Below, one piece after another: positions 23,283 through 34,326 of a DNA stretch of 34,326 nucleotides. How positions within the stretch are numbered: the first letter of the stretch is position 1; each line of letters begins with the position of its first letter. Source of the DNA: Octopus bimaculoides (taxonomy: Eukaryota). The stretch is from the NCBI RefSeq assembly GCF_001194135.2, contig NC_068993.1:22385790-22420115 (forward strand), read 5' to 3'. The notes under the pieces are model-generated. The model was not told the DNA's origin, searched no databases, and saw only the letters and a list, made by a program, of their open reading frames with translations. The translations under genes were made by a program, and so were the position numbers.

Positions 23283-23833
23283 TATTTGCATTTCTCGAAA
23301 CTTCTTCCAATGCAAAGAAGCAAGAATCCAGCAGGCTTATAACTCTTTACAATTATAGATGATAGAAGACAAATTTCTACTTAGGCAGGAAAGAAGGAAG
23401 AACCTGTAGTTATTGTCGAGAGAGCTTAGAACCGCTGAAGGCAAGACCTTTTCAAAAAGGCCATTACAAGAATATTCAAGATGTTGGTTATGCTTCTAAA
23501 GGATATTTTAAGAAGCCTTTATTAATCAAGAAAACCATTGAAACAGATGGCGCATTTTGATCAAGAATGATAAATTGTAATTCATAATGGTTTACGAAAG
23601 TTCTCTTGAGTGATGAATGAAGACTGGAACATTTAACCGATACAGCAAAACGTTTTTCTTCGCAGAAATGGTGAGAGATTCCACTCTAAATGCATTTCAA
23701 CAAATGTGAAGGACAGGCAATGTTCCCCCAATTTTCTGCTGTTTTGGAGCCAAATATGCGCTTGGGAGCAAATTTTGTCTTCCTTTCGCAAAGACAAAGT
23801 AACTTTCCATCCAAACGAAAAGCCATCTTTAGT
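23283..23833 (-). pseudogene. Decayed coding-like sequence of unassigned family
   Basis: Two consecutive frames, each with one internal stop: KMAFRLDGK...KRIFGSKTAENWGNIACPSHLLKCI*SGISHHFC...KGFLKYPLEA, then a frameshift to NQHLEYSCNGLFEKVLP...KEL*ACWILASLHW. It is not low complexity, but I cannot name the family. Confidence 0.3.
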
Positions 23834-24725
23834 TAAAAATTATTATTTCATCTTGTAAACATTTTATGCGTACATTGTTTTCAGTGCGCGCGCGCAAGCA
23901 CACAGTTTAGAAATAACAGAATGAAAGTGGCTGAATCATGCTATAAGATGATATATTTTCATCAACAGGCATTGTGAACTTATAAGTGACCAGGTAATTG
24001 TTGCCTTGTTATGTCTAAAACCGCAATGATAGTGCTACTTTCCAACCTGAAAAGATTATTTCCTGAAGAGAGGTAAAAATAAAAGAATAGTAAATTTTGA
24101 TAAGATGAACAGAAGCAGTCCTTCAAAATTTTGTGCTGGACATGTCAATGTCCAGAATGAAATTCCATAGAAAATATTTGGTAATGTATTGGTCATATAC
24201 TTGGAAGAAAATGAAAATTTACTAGTCCAAATCGATATCTGGAAGGTTTGCTAAGGAAACGAGATAATATTGGCTTGATATGGAGTAAATCCATCCGAAA
24301 CACTGGGTAACTTAAAAATAAAGAAATGATATTTTTTGTTACTGTCTAGAGGAAATTCTGCATGCTGAAATATATATATGCGAAATATTACTAAATACAA
24401 AGGAAATTGCCTCAAAATTGATTAGGTTTTGCTTTAGTGTGACTGTGTTTCTGAGAGCAATATACGTATATTACATATATAAGTATGTGTATGTATGTAT
24501 GTATGTATGTATGTATGTATGTATGTATGTATGTATGTATGTATGTATGTACGTATGCATGTATGTATATCAATATATATATANNNNNNNNNNNNNNNNN
24601 NNNNNNNNNNNNNNNNNNNNNNNNNNNNNNNNNNNNNNNNNNNNNNNNNNNNNNNNNNNNNNNNNNNNNNNNNNNNNNNNNNNNNNNNNNNNNNNNNNNN
24701 NNNNNNNNNNNNNNNNNNNNNNNNN

Positions 24726-24757
<32 letters not shown>

Positions 24758-24779
24758 CATCCGAGTATATATATATATA

Positions 24780-24812
<33 letters not shown>

Positions 24813-24984
24813 TGTATGTATGTATGTATGTATGTATGTATGTATGAATGCGTGTACGTGCACTTATGTTTCTGACGTTGTTTTAACGGGCTAAAATACT
24901 AAGGTTCGCACGTGTTAAGTGCATTGTCAACATTTCAAATATAATATAGGGAGTATCAGGTGAAAGTGTGTTTAGAGACGGTGG

Positions 24985-25330
24985 CTCTTGACCGAGGGCA
25001 CCTCTACCTCCTCCAGGCACTTGATGTAGGCCTCAGTGTTGAATCTTAGGATGTGTGGGAACTTGAATTGAGACACAACGTCGTCATCACTTGTCATCAT
25101 TCCAAACGCCATGATATTGACTGGATGTTTGATTGTTATCACTCTCTTTACATGGCTTCAGATTGCACTGTCCTCACATTGATACCCAAACACTCTGAAA
25201 TGTTCATGTTGGAGCTTCCGGTGCGAATGCCAAGCAGTACAGCATGTCGTTTCCAAATTTCTGGCTGAGTGAATTGCGTCATGGTGCTGTTTGTCTCACA
25301 GACGGTGCCCAACTGACCCTACTATACTGT
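24985..25330 (-). mobile_element. Internally deleted Tc1/mariner (maT-like) copy
   Basis: MTQFTQPEIWKRHAVLLGIRTGSSNMNISECLGINVRTV is joined to IKHPVNIMAFGMMTSD...FPH.LRFNTEAYIKCLEEV. Same family as 33630-34321. Confidence 0.75.
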
Positions 25331-25409
25331 GCAGTTGATAAAGCCAAGAACAATGTGCATATGCGAAATAAAAAATAGCAAATGGTGACAATTTACCCAT
25401 CGCATCTTA

Positions 25410-25545
25410 CACACACACACACATACACACACACACACACATACACACACACACACACACATATTCTATGTATGATATTATGTATATGTATGTGTGTGCA
25501 TATAAATGTATATGTATGTGTGTGTTTATTTGTATATATGTGTAC

Positions 25546-25586
<41 letters not shown>

Positions 25587-25890
25587 NNNNNNNNNNAGAT
25601 AGATATACGCAAATGTATATGTATATATGTATGTATGTATGTATGTATATATATATATATATATATATATACATACATACATGCATACATGCTTGCATGC
25701 ATACATTCATACATACATACATGTATGCATACATACATACATACATACATACGTACATACATGCATACAAACATACATACATACATACATGCATACATAC
25801 ATACATACAAACATACATACATACATACATACGTACATACATACATATATACATACGTACATACATATATACATACATACATACATACAT
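25410..25890. repeat. Compound (AC)/(AT)/(ATAC) microsatellite block
   Basis: Read directly from the sequence. Confidence 0.95.
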
Positions 25891-26861
25891 TCAATAGAAA
25901 CATCGGCTTTGTTTCATTATCATCACTAGACTGTGACTTTGTAATCCTTAACTCGTGTCACACCTGTTGTGTTATGTCCACGGCACGTCTGGACAACCGC
26001 TAAGATACAATGATCAGCTGGATTTCGCTAATTCAGACTAGCTCAGATTATTTTATTTAATTTTTTTGAATTAACTTTTTCTTTCTTTCGGCCAAGTAAA
26101 GATCAGTAATGGTCAAGTGGGTATAAATAACAGTAGGGTGGTCCAGGTGTTGTATGTTCTCGTCTTGCTACCGTCAATGTGTTTGGATGTCTCTGCAATC
26201 ATTAAAGACATCCTCATCTCTTTGCTGCACAACCGTAAGAGATATGGTTGCAGTAATTGTCCTTGTGGTTTGCTCCATGTCGGCCCTAATCAGTAAAAGC
26301 GACCTATAGAATAAGTACTTTAAAAAAAATAATGGCCATTCTGAATGGCGCAGAAGTGGCTGTGTGGTAAGTAGCTTGTTTACCAACCACTTGGTTCCGC
26401 GTTCAGTTCCATTGCCTCGAGCCGACCAAAGTCTTGTAAGTGGATTTGGTAGACGGAAACTGAAAGAAGTCCGTCGTATATATGTATATGTATGTATGTA
26501 TATATATATACATATATATATATAGTTTTAGAGAAAATAACCAATTTTCAAGAACTCATCGATGGAAATCCACTATCACATATAGAAAAATTAATAATTA
26601 AAAGCACAATAAATGAGTATAATATAAAGTAAAGTAAATATCAAGTAAAAAACTATATATTTTATATATACTTTATCTATAAGGCTCAATTTAATTTTAT
26701 TTTTTTATAAATTGATTTTAATTGAGTTTTTTACCTGTAATTTTGGATTTTGTCCCTAATATTATTNNNNNNNNNNNNNNNNNNNNNNNNNNNNNNNNNN
26801 NNNNNNNNNNNNNNNNNNNNNNNNNNNNNNNNNNNNNNNNNNNNNNNNNNNNNNNNNNNNN

Positions 26862-27108
26862 ATGTGTGTGTGCGTGTGTGCGTCTGCGTGTTTGTGTGTC
26901 GGTGTTTGCTCCCCCTCCCCAACATCGCTTGACAACCGATGCTGGTGTGTTTACGTCCCCGTAACTTAGTGGTTCGTCAAAAGGAACCGATAGAATAAGT
27001 ACTAGGCTTACAAAGAATAAGTCCTGGGGTCGATTTGCTCGACTAAAAGGCGGTGCTCCAGCATAGCCGCAGTCAAATGATTGAAACAAGTAAAAGAATA
27101 AAAGAATA
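26862..27108 (+). mobile_element. tRNA-head SINE, 3' half with TAAAAGAA tail
   Basis: Overlaps the 22618 copy (GACAACCGATGCTGGTGTG...GTAACTTAG.GGTTCG) and continues to the tail. Confidence 0.8.
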
Positions 27109-27314
27109 CTGGGGTTGATTCATTCGATTCAAATTTCTTCAACACCGTGCCCCGGCATGGCTGCTGTCTAATGGAAGATACAAGCCAAAGACAAAATTTT
27201 AAAGGTAACTAATCTACATTGGACAACATTATACCTGCCTGCATTTTTATATTTTAAAGAAAGTAAGGGTTGATCTGCTACTATTTCTCGAAAGTTATGC
27301 CATCACGTAGAACA

Positions 27315-27600
27315 TTTGTGGGCAAATTGCGACCTGCGTAACTTTTTGAATGGCACACCTAACGAAAAATTCACTTGATAATTTATAGTCGTGCAACCTG
27401 CCCAACAATAGCCCGTATCTCATGCGGCCCGGGTGGCTTTCTGAATGGTACACCTACGAAAAATTACCTTGATATATTTTAGTCGTGCAACCTGCCCAAC
27501 AATAGCCCGTGTCTCATGCGGCCCGGGTGACTTTCTGAATGGCTCACCTACGAAAAATTACTTTGAACTTTTTTAGCCGTGCGACCTACCCGATAACGGG
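27315..27600 (+). repeat. Tandem repeat, period 94-95 bp, about 2.7 units, resembling a hAT terminal sequence
   Basis: GAATGG..CACCT recurs at 27348, 27443 and 27537. Units carry GTGCAACCTGCCC and CATGCGGCCCGGG. Confidence 0.8.
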
Positions 27601-27616
27601 TAGTAGTAGTAGTAGT

Positions 27617-27647
<31 letters not shown>

Positions 27648-27798
27648 GCAACGATGGTGGTGGTGGAAATGCTTATGGTTGGAAAAATCCTTACTCTTTT
27701 AGAGGCCCTTTAGGCAACTGTTTTCTTTCTATCGTCCTGGGTCGACCAAAGCCTTGTGAATGGATTTGGTAGACCGAAACTGAAAGAAGACCGTCGTA

Positions 27799-28030
27799 TA
27801 TACGGGGTCTGATCAAAATGTATTGGGACTGGTCCAATAGAACAAATGATTGCTTCAACTTGTCAGATGAGAGCCGTCACATTCAGACCGATTGATGCAA
27901 TTTACTTTCATCCTTGTATGTGTGCAGATGTCACTTTTCACGGCACGCATCCATCACCGTAGGACTTCATAAAATGCTAAACGAATCAAGAAATGAAATG
28001 ATAGTGAGACATCTGTACGTCATTGGATTT
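27799..28030 (+). mobile_element. Mariner 5' end fragment
   Basis: Starts TATACGGGGTCTGATCAAAATGT, the same TIR type as the 28-732 element. The 3' boundary is approximate. Confidence 0.5.
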
Positions 28031-28099
28031 AAGTGACAAAGCTTTTATACTGCTTTTGTTACTCTCTCGGTCGCCATAGTAGGTTCCAGTGACAAGCAT

Positions 28100-28410
28100 T
28101 CGTGACTTACTGATTAGAGATAGTTGTCTCACGTTCGTAAGGTCCTGAGTTTGAATTTAGGTGGTTCGTGTGTATTTGAACGAGGCACTTTATTTCAGGT
28201 TGCTTCAGTTCAGTCAAATGGCAAAAATAAGTTGAACGTGCATTTCAAAGGGCCAGCGTGTCACATTGTGTATCACGCTGAATCTCCCAGAGAACTGCGT
28301 TAAGGGTACGCATGTCTGTGGATTTCTCAGCCACTTGCATGTTAATTTCCTGTGCAGTGTGTTCCACTAATCAGATCAACTGGAACCCTCGTCGTAACCG
28401 ACGGAGTTAA
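28100..28410 (+). mobile_element. Decayed SINE of a third family
   Basis: Decayed tRNA-like head (GGTCCTGAGTTTGAAT) followed by a GC-richer body (GAGAACTGCGTTAAGGGTAC...GGAACCCTCGTCG) that I recall as a dispersed repeat; not verified. Confidence 0.4.
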
Positions 28411-29489
28411 GTTATATGCCAGAGTATGTTCTCAAAGAGGCTACTTTTGTGATAAATAACAAACGCTCCTGGGAAATCTATTTGACTCATAAAGGAGACC
28501 CTAACAAGCACCACCTTTCTGGGTCAGAATAGACTTAGGAGTAATGGTAATTACGGGAAACTTCACGTTTCCCACAATAACCGAACTCCCGAACTGTCTC
28601 ACCACCGGATGCAGTTTAACGTCATACCCACATGTATATAATCTATGTACGCATGTCATTATGTTTGTATTTCTCCGCCAACCCACAGCTCAACAATCGG
28701 TGTTGGTCTGTTTACGTACCAGTGACTGTGCAATTCGGCAAAAGGTACCGATTAAATAAGTGCCAGGCTTTAAAAATAACTAAAAAGATCGATTCATGCA
28801 GCGATTATACGCTTCAAAGCAGTGCTCGAGTATTGCTCGAGATTAATAACTGAAACAGGTAAAAGATAAAAGATAAAAATTAGACTGCTTGGTTAGGGCT
28901 GACCTAAGGATAAACAACAACACCAACAACAAAAGCAACAGCAACAGCAGTTACATCCACCACGAAACTACTACAGTCAATTCTAGACCTTACAACCATT
29001 ATCACCCTTTATACATACAACACAGCTGTCGTACAAGCAATGACAGTTATAGTCAGACTGTAGGACACCTTATCACTACGTTGACTTAAGGCTGATAAAT
29101 CTTAGATAAGCTGGTTATTAGATAAGCTAGCAGGGTAGATAAAAGGATATTATTACATCATTACATACAATAGAATCTGTAAATAGAAAGGTCAACGAAC
29201 AATGAATGACCAACATACTGTCCTCATTCACACCGTACCAATATAAGGGTGAGGGTGGACTACACGTCTGAGTTATCAGGATGTATTAATGATTTTGCTT
29301 AGGTAACCTTGATAAAGTGCCCTGTGAAGTTACCCTAACGTAGATAGTTGTTACAATGTATGAATGTACTAGATATACCCGATCTGTTGTAATACTGGAT
29401 TTACATATTTCCTTTGAAGGAATGCTGTGATAGCCAAGAGTCTAAAAGGTGGATCTACCGTACGTGCAGCCTTTGATTTCAATAGCGAT

Positions 29490-30115
29490 TTTTTAAAAAT
29501 CAGTAATATGTTCTTCATTTTTCACGACATTTTTTGGCAACGTTCCACTAGTTTGACATTTCATTGACAATAGAAATCATCGAGAGTTGACTCGAAGAAT
29601 TCTTGGAGCCCCGTTATCAGCTCTACGTCGTTAAACGAAACGTCCCGTAGGCGGTTGGAGAGCGACCAAAATTGATAATAATCTAAAGGTGGATACGGTG
29701 AAACTTTCCAAATAAGCTCTTGAATACGGTTTTGGTTCAATTAACGATGTAAGGAGAAGCGTTGTCGTGTTGAAGAAGTACGCCCTATCACTGATCGAAC
29801 GATTCAGACGTATTGACCATTGAATGAAGGTGACGGGCAACGGTTTCATGGGGGCTCTCCATCTGCTGGGCCAATTCTATAATGGATTGGTATGGATCCT
29901 CGTGTGCCGAGGAACAATTCGGCCAGAGCGCAGAGAGTGTGTGACCTTAAAATTCTCATCCTTGAGGTTTGAAAACCATTTCTGTGCCTTCTATTTTATT
30001 TCATTTTATTTTTTAAACATTTATTGCCCTTCCCCCATACTAAGCACAAATGTCTTGAGCAGCTTTGGCAGCTTTGGAACAGAAGCAGTCGTCGAAAATT
30101 CTCATTCATTTCCAC
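29490..30115 (-). mobile_element. Decayed, internally deleted mariner transposase (Mos1-like)
   Basis: ENFRRLLLF..KAAKAAQDICA, AQKWFSNLKDENF..SLRSGR, EDPYQSIIELAQQM..HETVARHLHSM, GVLLQHDNASPY, PYPPLDYYQFWSLSNRLR...KLVERCQ. The middle of the catalytic domain is missing. Confidence 0.85.
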
Positions 30116-30870
30116 TGGGTACTTCATTGTCATATACCTGAAAAGAAGTAAAATATATACGACTTCAAATAACAATCAATTACATAAAAACTAAATGCAG
30201 TAACCATATTATAATTTAGCACAAGAGGCAGCGAGGAAGGTTCTATGTGGAGACCAAATCTGTTTGAAATAACAACCGAATCATCTTCAAATCAGACATT
30301 AACATCTTAAATAAGGAAAGAGCATATTAGATAATCGTATTCATATATATCACCCACAAAAGATCGAATAGTCATGGTCGGAATGGTTGAATCGTAGGTC
30401 TGCTCGATCAAGGAGGACTTTTAGGTCAACAGCCACAACTGTATGTTTAAAAAGTTTACCTGTTCATATCGTTCGTGCTTCCATTTCAGTGCGCAGCACT
30501 TAGGGCAAATGTCTTGTACCATAGACTCGAAGAGACCAATATTTCTTGAATGGAATTTTGGAGACGGAAGAATGCTGTGTGTATGTGTGAGTGTGTATAC
30601 GAACGCGTGTATATTTTTTTATGTTTTATCTATTTCAGTCATTTGACTGCGGTTTAGTAAAACAAATCGAACATAGTATTATTATTTTATAAGCCTGGTA
30701 CTCATTTTATCGGTCAATTTGCCGAACTGCTAAGTGATGGGGAGGCAAGCAAACTAACACCAGTTGTCAAGCGTTTGTGGGGGACAAACACAAACATGAA
30801 AACACGTACACATACGCGCACGCAAGCACTCGCAAGCGTACACAGACACACACGCAGACTGAGAGACACA

Positions 30871-30922
<52 letters not shown>

Positions 30923-31420
30923 NNNNNNNNNNNNNNNNNNNNNNNNNNNNNNNNNNNNNNNNNNNNNNNNNNNNNNNNNNNNNNNNNNNNNNNNNNNNNN
31001 NNNNNNNNNNNNNNNNNNNNNNNNNNNNNNNNNNNNNNNNNNNNNNNNNNNNNNNNNNNNNNNNNNNNNNNNNNNNNNNNNNNNNNNNNNNNNNNNNNNN
31101 NNNNNNNNNNNNNNNNNNNNNNNNNNNNNNNNNNNNNNNNNNNNNNNNNNNNNNNNNNNNNNNNNNNNNNNNTGTGGGACTGAACCCGGAAGCGTATGGT
31201 TGAACACTAAACTTCTTACCACACAGCGATCCTTTGAAAACCGAAAAATCACTGCTTTGCGAACGCAGTCCTTTAAGATACTTGATTTACGTCGAGTTAT
31301 AAAACTTTTTCACACGTCTCAACGTCAAAAATGCAGCGGCACTGCGATTGGTCCAATGGAAACCTTCGAATAACTACAGCAAAAGGAATTCAAAGTGAAA
31401 AATATATCAATAGTTTACTG

Positions 31421-31683
31421 CAGTGATCCTCAACCATGGTCCTTATGATCCTTGGGGGTCCATGTAAGATTTTGTTGTTAAAATTTATCTGCAATGAATT
31501 GGTTATACTTCTACAATACACAAAATATTTTAACCATTTTCTTAATACAATTTCTAATGATATTTAACAATAAAAATATAATAGAATTCTTCAAACATCG
31601 AATGGCTATGGGGGCGCAGTAGAGTAAAAACAGGAATCAATGGGTGTCCGTGACCGTAGGTAAAAAATGATTGAGAAACATTA
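31421..31683. mobile_element. hAT-type MITE with an 8-bp target-site duplication
   Basis: Left TIR CAGTGATCCTCAACC, decayed right TIR GATTGAGAAACATTA. Flanks GTTTACTG (31413-31420) and GTTTACTA (31684-31691) match at 7/8. Confidence 0.8.
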
Positions 31684-31986
31684 GTTTACTATATAATTAT
31701 TTATATAGTTAACTAAAGAAAGTTAAGTATATAAAGATAGGTTTAGTATATTAAGTTAAATATAGTTGCATAAATTAGGTTTATCACGTAAACGTTAAGT
31801 TGACTAACATTACTTTTATATATATCTAACAATGTATAATTTAGTACGTTACACTAAATTTCATTTAGTTTGTAAAAAGTGAAGAACCTCTTAAAATTTA
31901 TCAGCTGTCACCTTATGACACTCTACTTAGTCTGTAATGTTTTCTTATATTTTGTATAAGTGCATGATTAGGTCTGCGGTTATATA

Positions 31987-32017
<31 letters not shown>

Positions 32018-33452
32018 GTGTGTGTATTCAGGGGGGGGTAGCCCCCCACCCCCACCACACACGCACACAGAAGTGCAGGCATATCTGTGTGCTTTAGACA
32101 TTTGCTTCCATTTTAATCCCACTGGGCGAAGCCTCGGGCAAATGTTTTCTAGTATATAGTTCCAGATCGACTAATGTCTTCTGAAGGAATTTAGTGGATG
32201 GAAACTGTGTAGAAGCCCGTTATGTATCTATATATGTGTGTATATGGATGCTTAGCTTTGTCTATGTCGCCTAAAGTTTCGCAAGTAGTGCTGCTTTGGT
32301 TACGTGCCCATCACTTAGTCGTTCAACAAAAGAAACGAATAGAATGAGTACCAGAGTTCTGAGGTCGATTTGATCATTGAGCCCTTCAAATTGATACCCC
32401 AACATGATTGCAGCCCGATAACTAGGGCATTGAGCAGAATAACGGAATAAAACAATACATATATATATATATATATATATANNNNNNNNNNNNNNNNNNN
32501 NNNNNNNNNNNNNNNNNNNNNNNNNNNNNNNNNNNNNNNNNNNNNNNNNNNNNNNNNNNNNNNNNNNNNNNNNNNNNNNNNNNNNNNNNNNNNNNNNNNN
32601 NNNNNNNNNNNNNNNNNNNNNNNNNNNNNNNNNNNNNNNNNNNNNNNNNNNNNNNNNNNNNNNNNNNNNNNNNNNNNNNNNNNNNNNNNNNNNNNNNNNN
32701 NNNNNNNNNNNNNNNNNNNNNNNNNNNNNNNNNNNNNNNNNNNNNNNNNNNNNNNNNNNNNNNNNNNNNNNNNNNNNNNNNNNNNNNNNNNNNNNNNNNN
32801 NNNNNNNNNNNNNNNNNNNNNNNNNNNNNNNNNNNNNNNNNNNNNNNNNNNNNNNNNNNNNNNNNNNNNNNNNNNNNNNNNNNNNNNNNNNNNNNNNNNN
32901 NNNNNNNNNNNNNNNNNNNNNNNNNNNNNNNNNNNNNNNNNNNNNNNNNNNNNNNNNNNNNNNNNNNNNNNNNNNNNNNNNNNNNNNNNNNNNNNNNNNN
33001 NNNNNNNNNNNNNNNNNNNNNNNNNNNNNNNNNNNNNNNNNNNNNNNNNNNNNNNNNNNNNNNNNNNNNNNNNNNNNNNNNNNNNNNNNNNNNNNNNNNN
33101 NNNNNNNNNNNNNNNNNNNNNNNNNNNNNNNNNNNNNNNNNNNNNNNNNNNNNNNNNNNNNNNNNNNNNNNNNNNNNNNNNNNNNNNNNNNNNNNNNNNN
33201 NNNNNNNNNNNNNNNNNNNNNNNNNNNNNNNNNNNNNNNNNNNNNNNNNNNNNNNNNNNNNNNNNNNNNNNNATATATAATTTTTCAAAGTAAACTCGGT
33301 AATCGTTACCAATATAGCATAAGATTTCACCTCAAAGAATCATTGATTAGATTCCTTAAGGATCGTTCTCATTGTTTATATTTCCAAAGTTTCAAATTTA
33401 TACATTTAAAAAAAGAGAGAAATTCAACACCGGAGATTTATCCATTATTTTA

Positions 33453-33536
33453 CATCCAATGTAAACATTTCTGTGTTTGACTATATTCAACCATCAGTAA
33501 GTTAAATATTCATCGTCTCACACGTCATCAGGAATG
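33453..33536 (-). ncRNA. Type I hammerhead motif G
   Basis: Minus strand: stem I CAUUC/GGAUG (one G-U), CUGAUGA 33531-33525, C-A closing mismatch, GUGU/ACAC plus GAC/GUC, GAAA 33471-33468, stem III AUGU-UU-ACAU, triplet AUU. Confidence 0.65.
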
Positions 33537-33629
33537 ATTTTCATTAGAACAAAAGACCAAAAGAAAACATAATGAATCGATCGAACAAATCAAATTATTA
33601 AAAATTATTAAAAACTATACCATTTTCGT

Positions 33630-34321
33630 TAACCATGCGGTCTGTTTACCTTTCTGAAAGGTAGGAATATTTCAGAGTGCTTGAGTGTCAATCTGAGGAC
33701 ATGTACTGAGAGTGATAAAAATCAAACATCCAGTCAATATCATGGTGTTTAGAGCGATTACTAGCGATGGCAACGTTACGCCTCCATTTATCTTTCCACA
33801 CGGCCTCAGACGCAACACGGAGGCCTACATCAAGTACCTGGAGAAGGTAGAGCTACCATCGGTCAAGTGGTTGGCAGCTGGAAGGCCCTGTGTCTGGCAA
33901 AGGACTCTGCACCATGCTACGAAAACAGGAAAACACCAGTCATGGCTATGAGACAATTTCTGCGACCACATCACCCCTAACATCGGTCCACATAACTCTC
34001 TAGTCTGCAACCCCCTTGATTATTACGTGTCGGACGCAGTCGAGCGGGAGACCAACAACACTCCTTGTAACAGCAAAGATAAACTAAAGGCAAGAATAAT
34101 GACTGATTAAACAAGGAGACTGTCCAGAACAGTTGCAGGAGATTCCGAAGTCATTTGGAGGCTGTGGTTGAAGCCAATGGTGATTTTATTGAATAAATTT
34201 ACTCTTTAGTATTTTAAGATATTTTTATGTAACTTTTGTAAATATATCTGTAAAAATGAGGTGTCAGTGTTATTTTCCTTTTTGCATAACTTAGACGACA
34301 GTTTATTCCTCGCACCCTGTA
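33630..34321 (+). mobile_element. Internally deleted Tc1/mariner (maT-like) transposon with 3' TIR
   Basis: KHPVNIMVF..ITSDG...PFIFPHGL..NTEAYI...GRPCVWQ...DNFCDHITPN...CNPLDYYV...RFRSHLEAVVEANGDFIE*. Ends CGCACCCTGTA followed by TA. Confidence 0.88.
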
Positions 34322-34326
34322 TATAT

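Noticed and set aside
28544-28600. VITGNFTFP resembles the APE-endonuclease GDFN motif
   Set aside because: It is an isolated short match with no other APE motifs.
5569-33330. Many long ORFs rich in YI, HT, VC or X
   Set aside because: They are translations of microsatellites and N gaps.

Overview
AT-rich, microsatellite- and transposon-dense animal DNA from a gapped scaffold. The main N gaps are 1838-2415, 3942-4477, 10777-11201, 20571-21155, 21784-22509 and 32482-33272. The SINE families look like those I recall from Octopus, so the taxon is an inference. Only one host gene is visible: a large minus-strand first coding exon (16734->15402) with His/Ala/Gln runs, ending in an RHPFEWMR hexapeptide and a phase-1 donor. 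This is the layout of a Cdx/caudal (ParaHox) exon 1. No homeobox exon was found in the sequenced part downstream, so 1-15401 is probably intron. That intron holds a branch-point/polypyrimidine/CAG|GTAAGT site at 8256/8255 that looks like a recursive splice site. The main unexplained signal is a set of seven type I hammerhead-ribozyme folds (CUGANGA...GAAA...NUH), four of them within 1019-2575. One pair is divergent around a 27-bp inverted repeat, and one lies upstream of a decayed Penelope-like RT. Also present are a 120-bp-arm foldback, a pre-miRNA-sized hairpin, decayed mariner/Tc1, hAT-MITE, RLE-retrotransposon and tRNA-SINE remnants. All folds, alignments and family calls were made by eye; no database or folding software was run.
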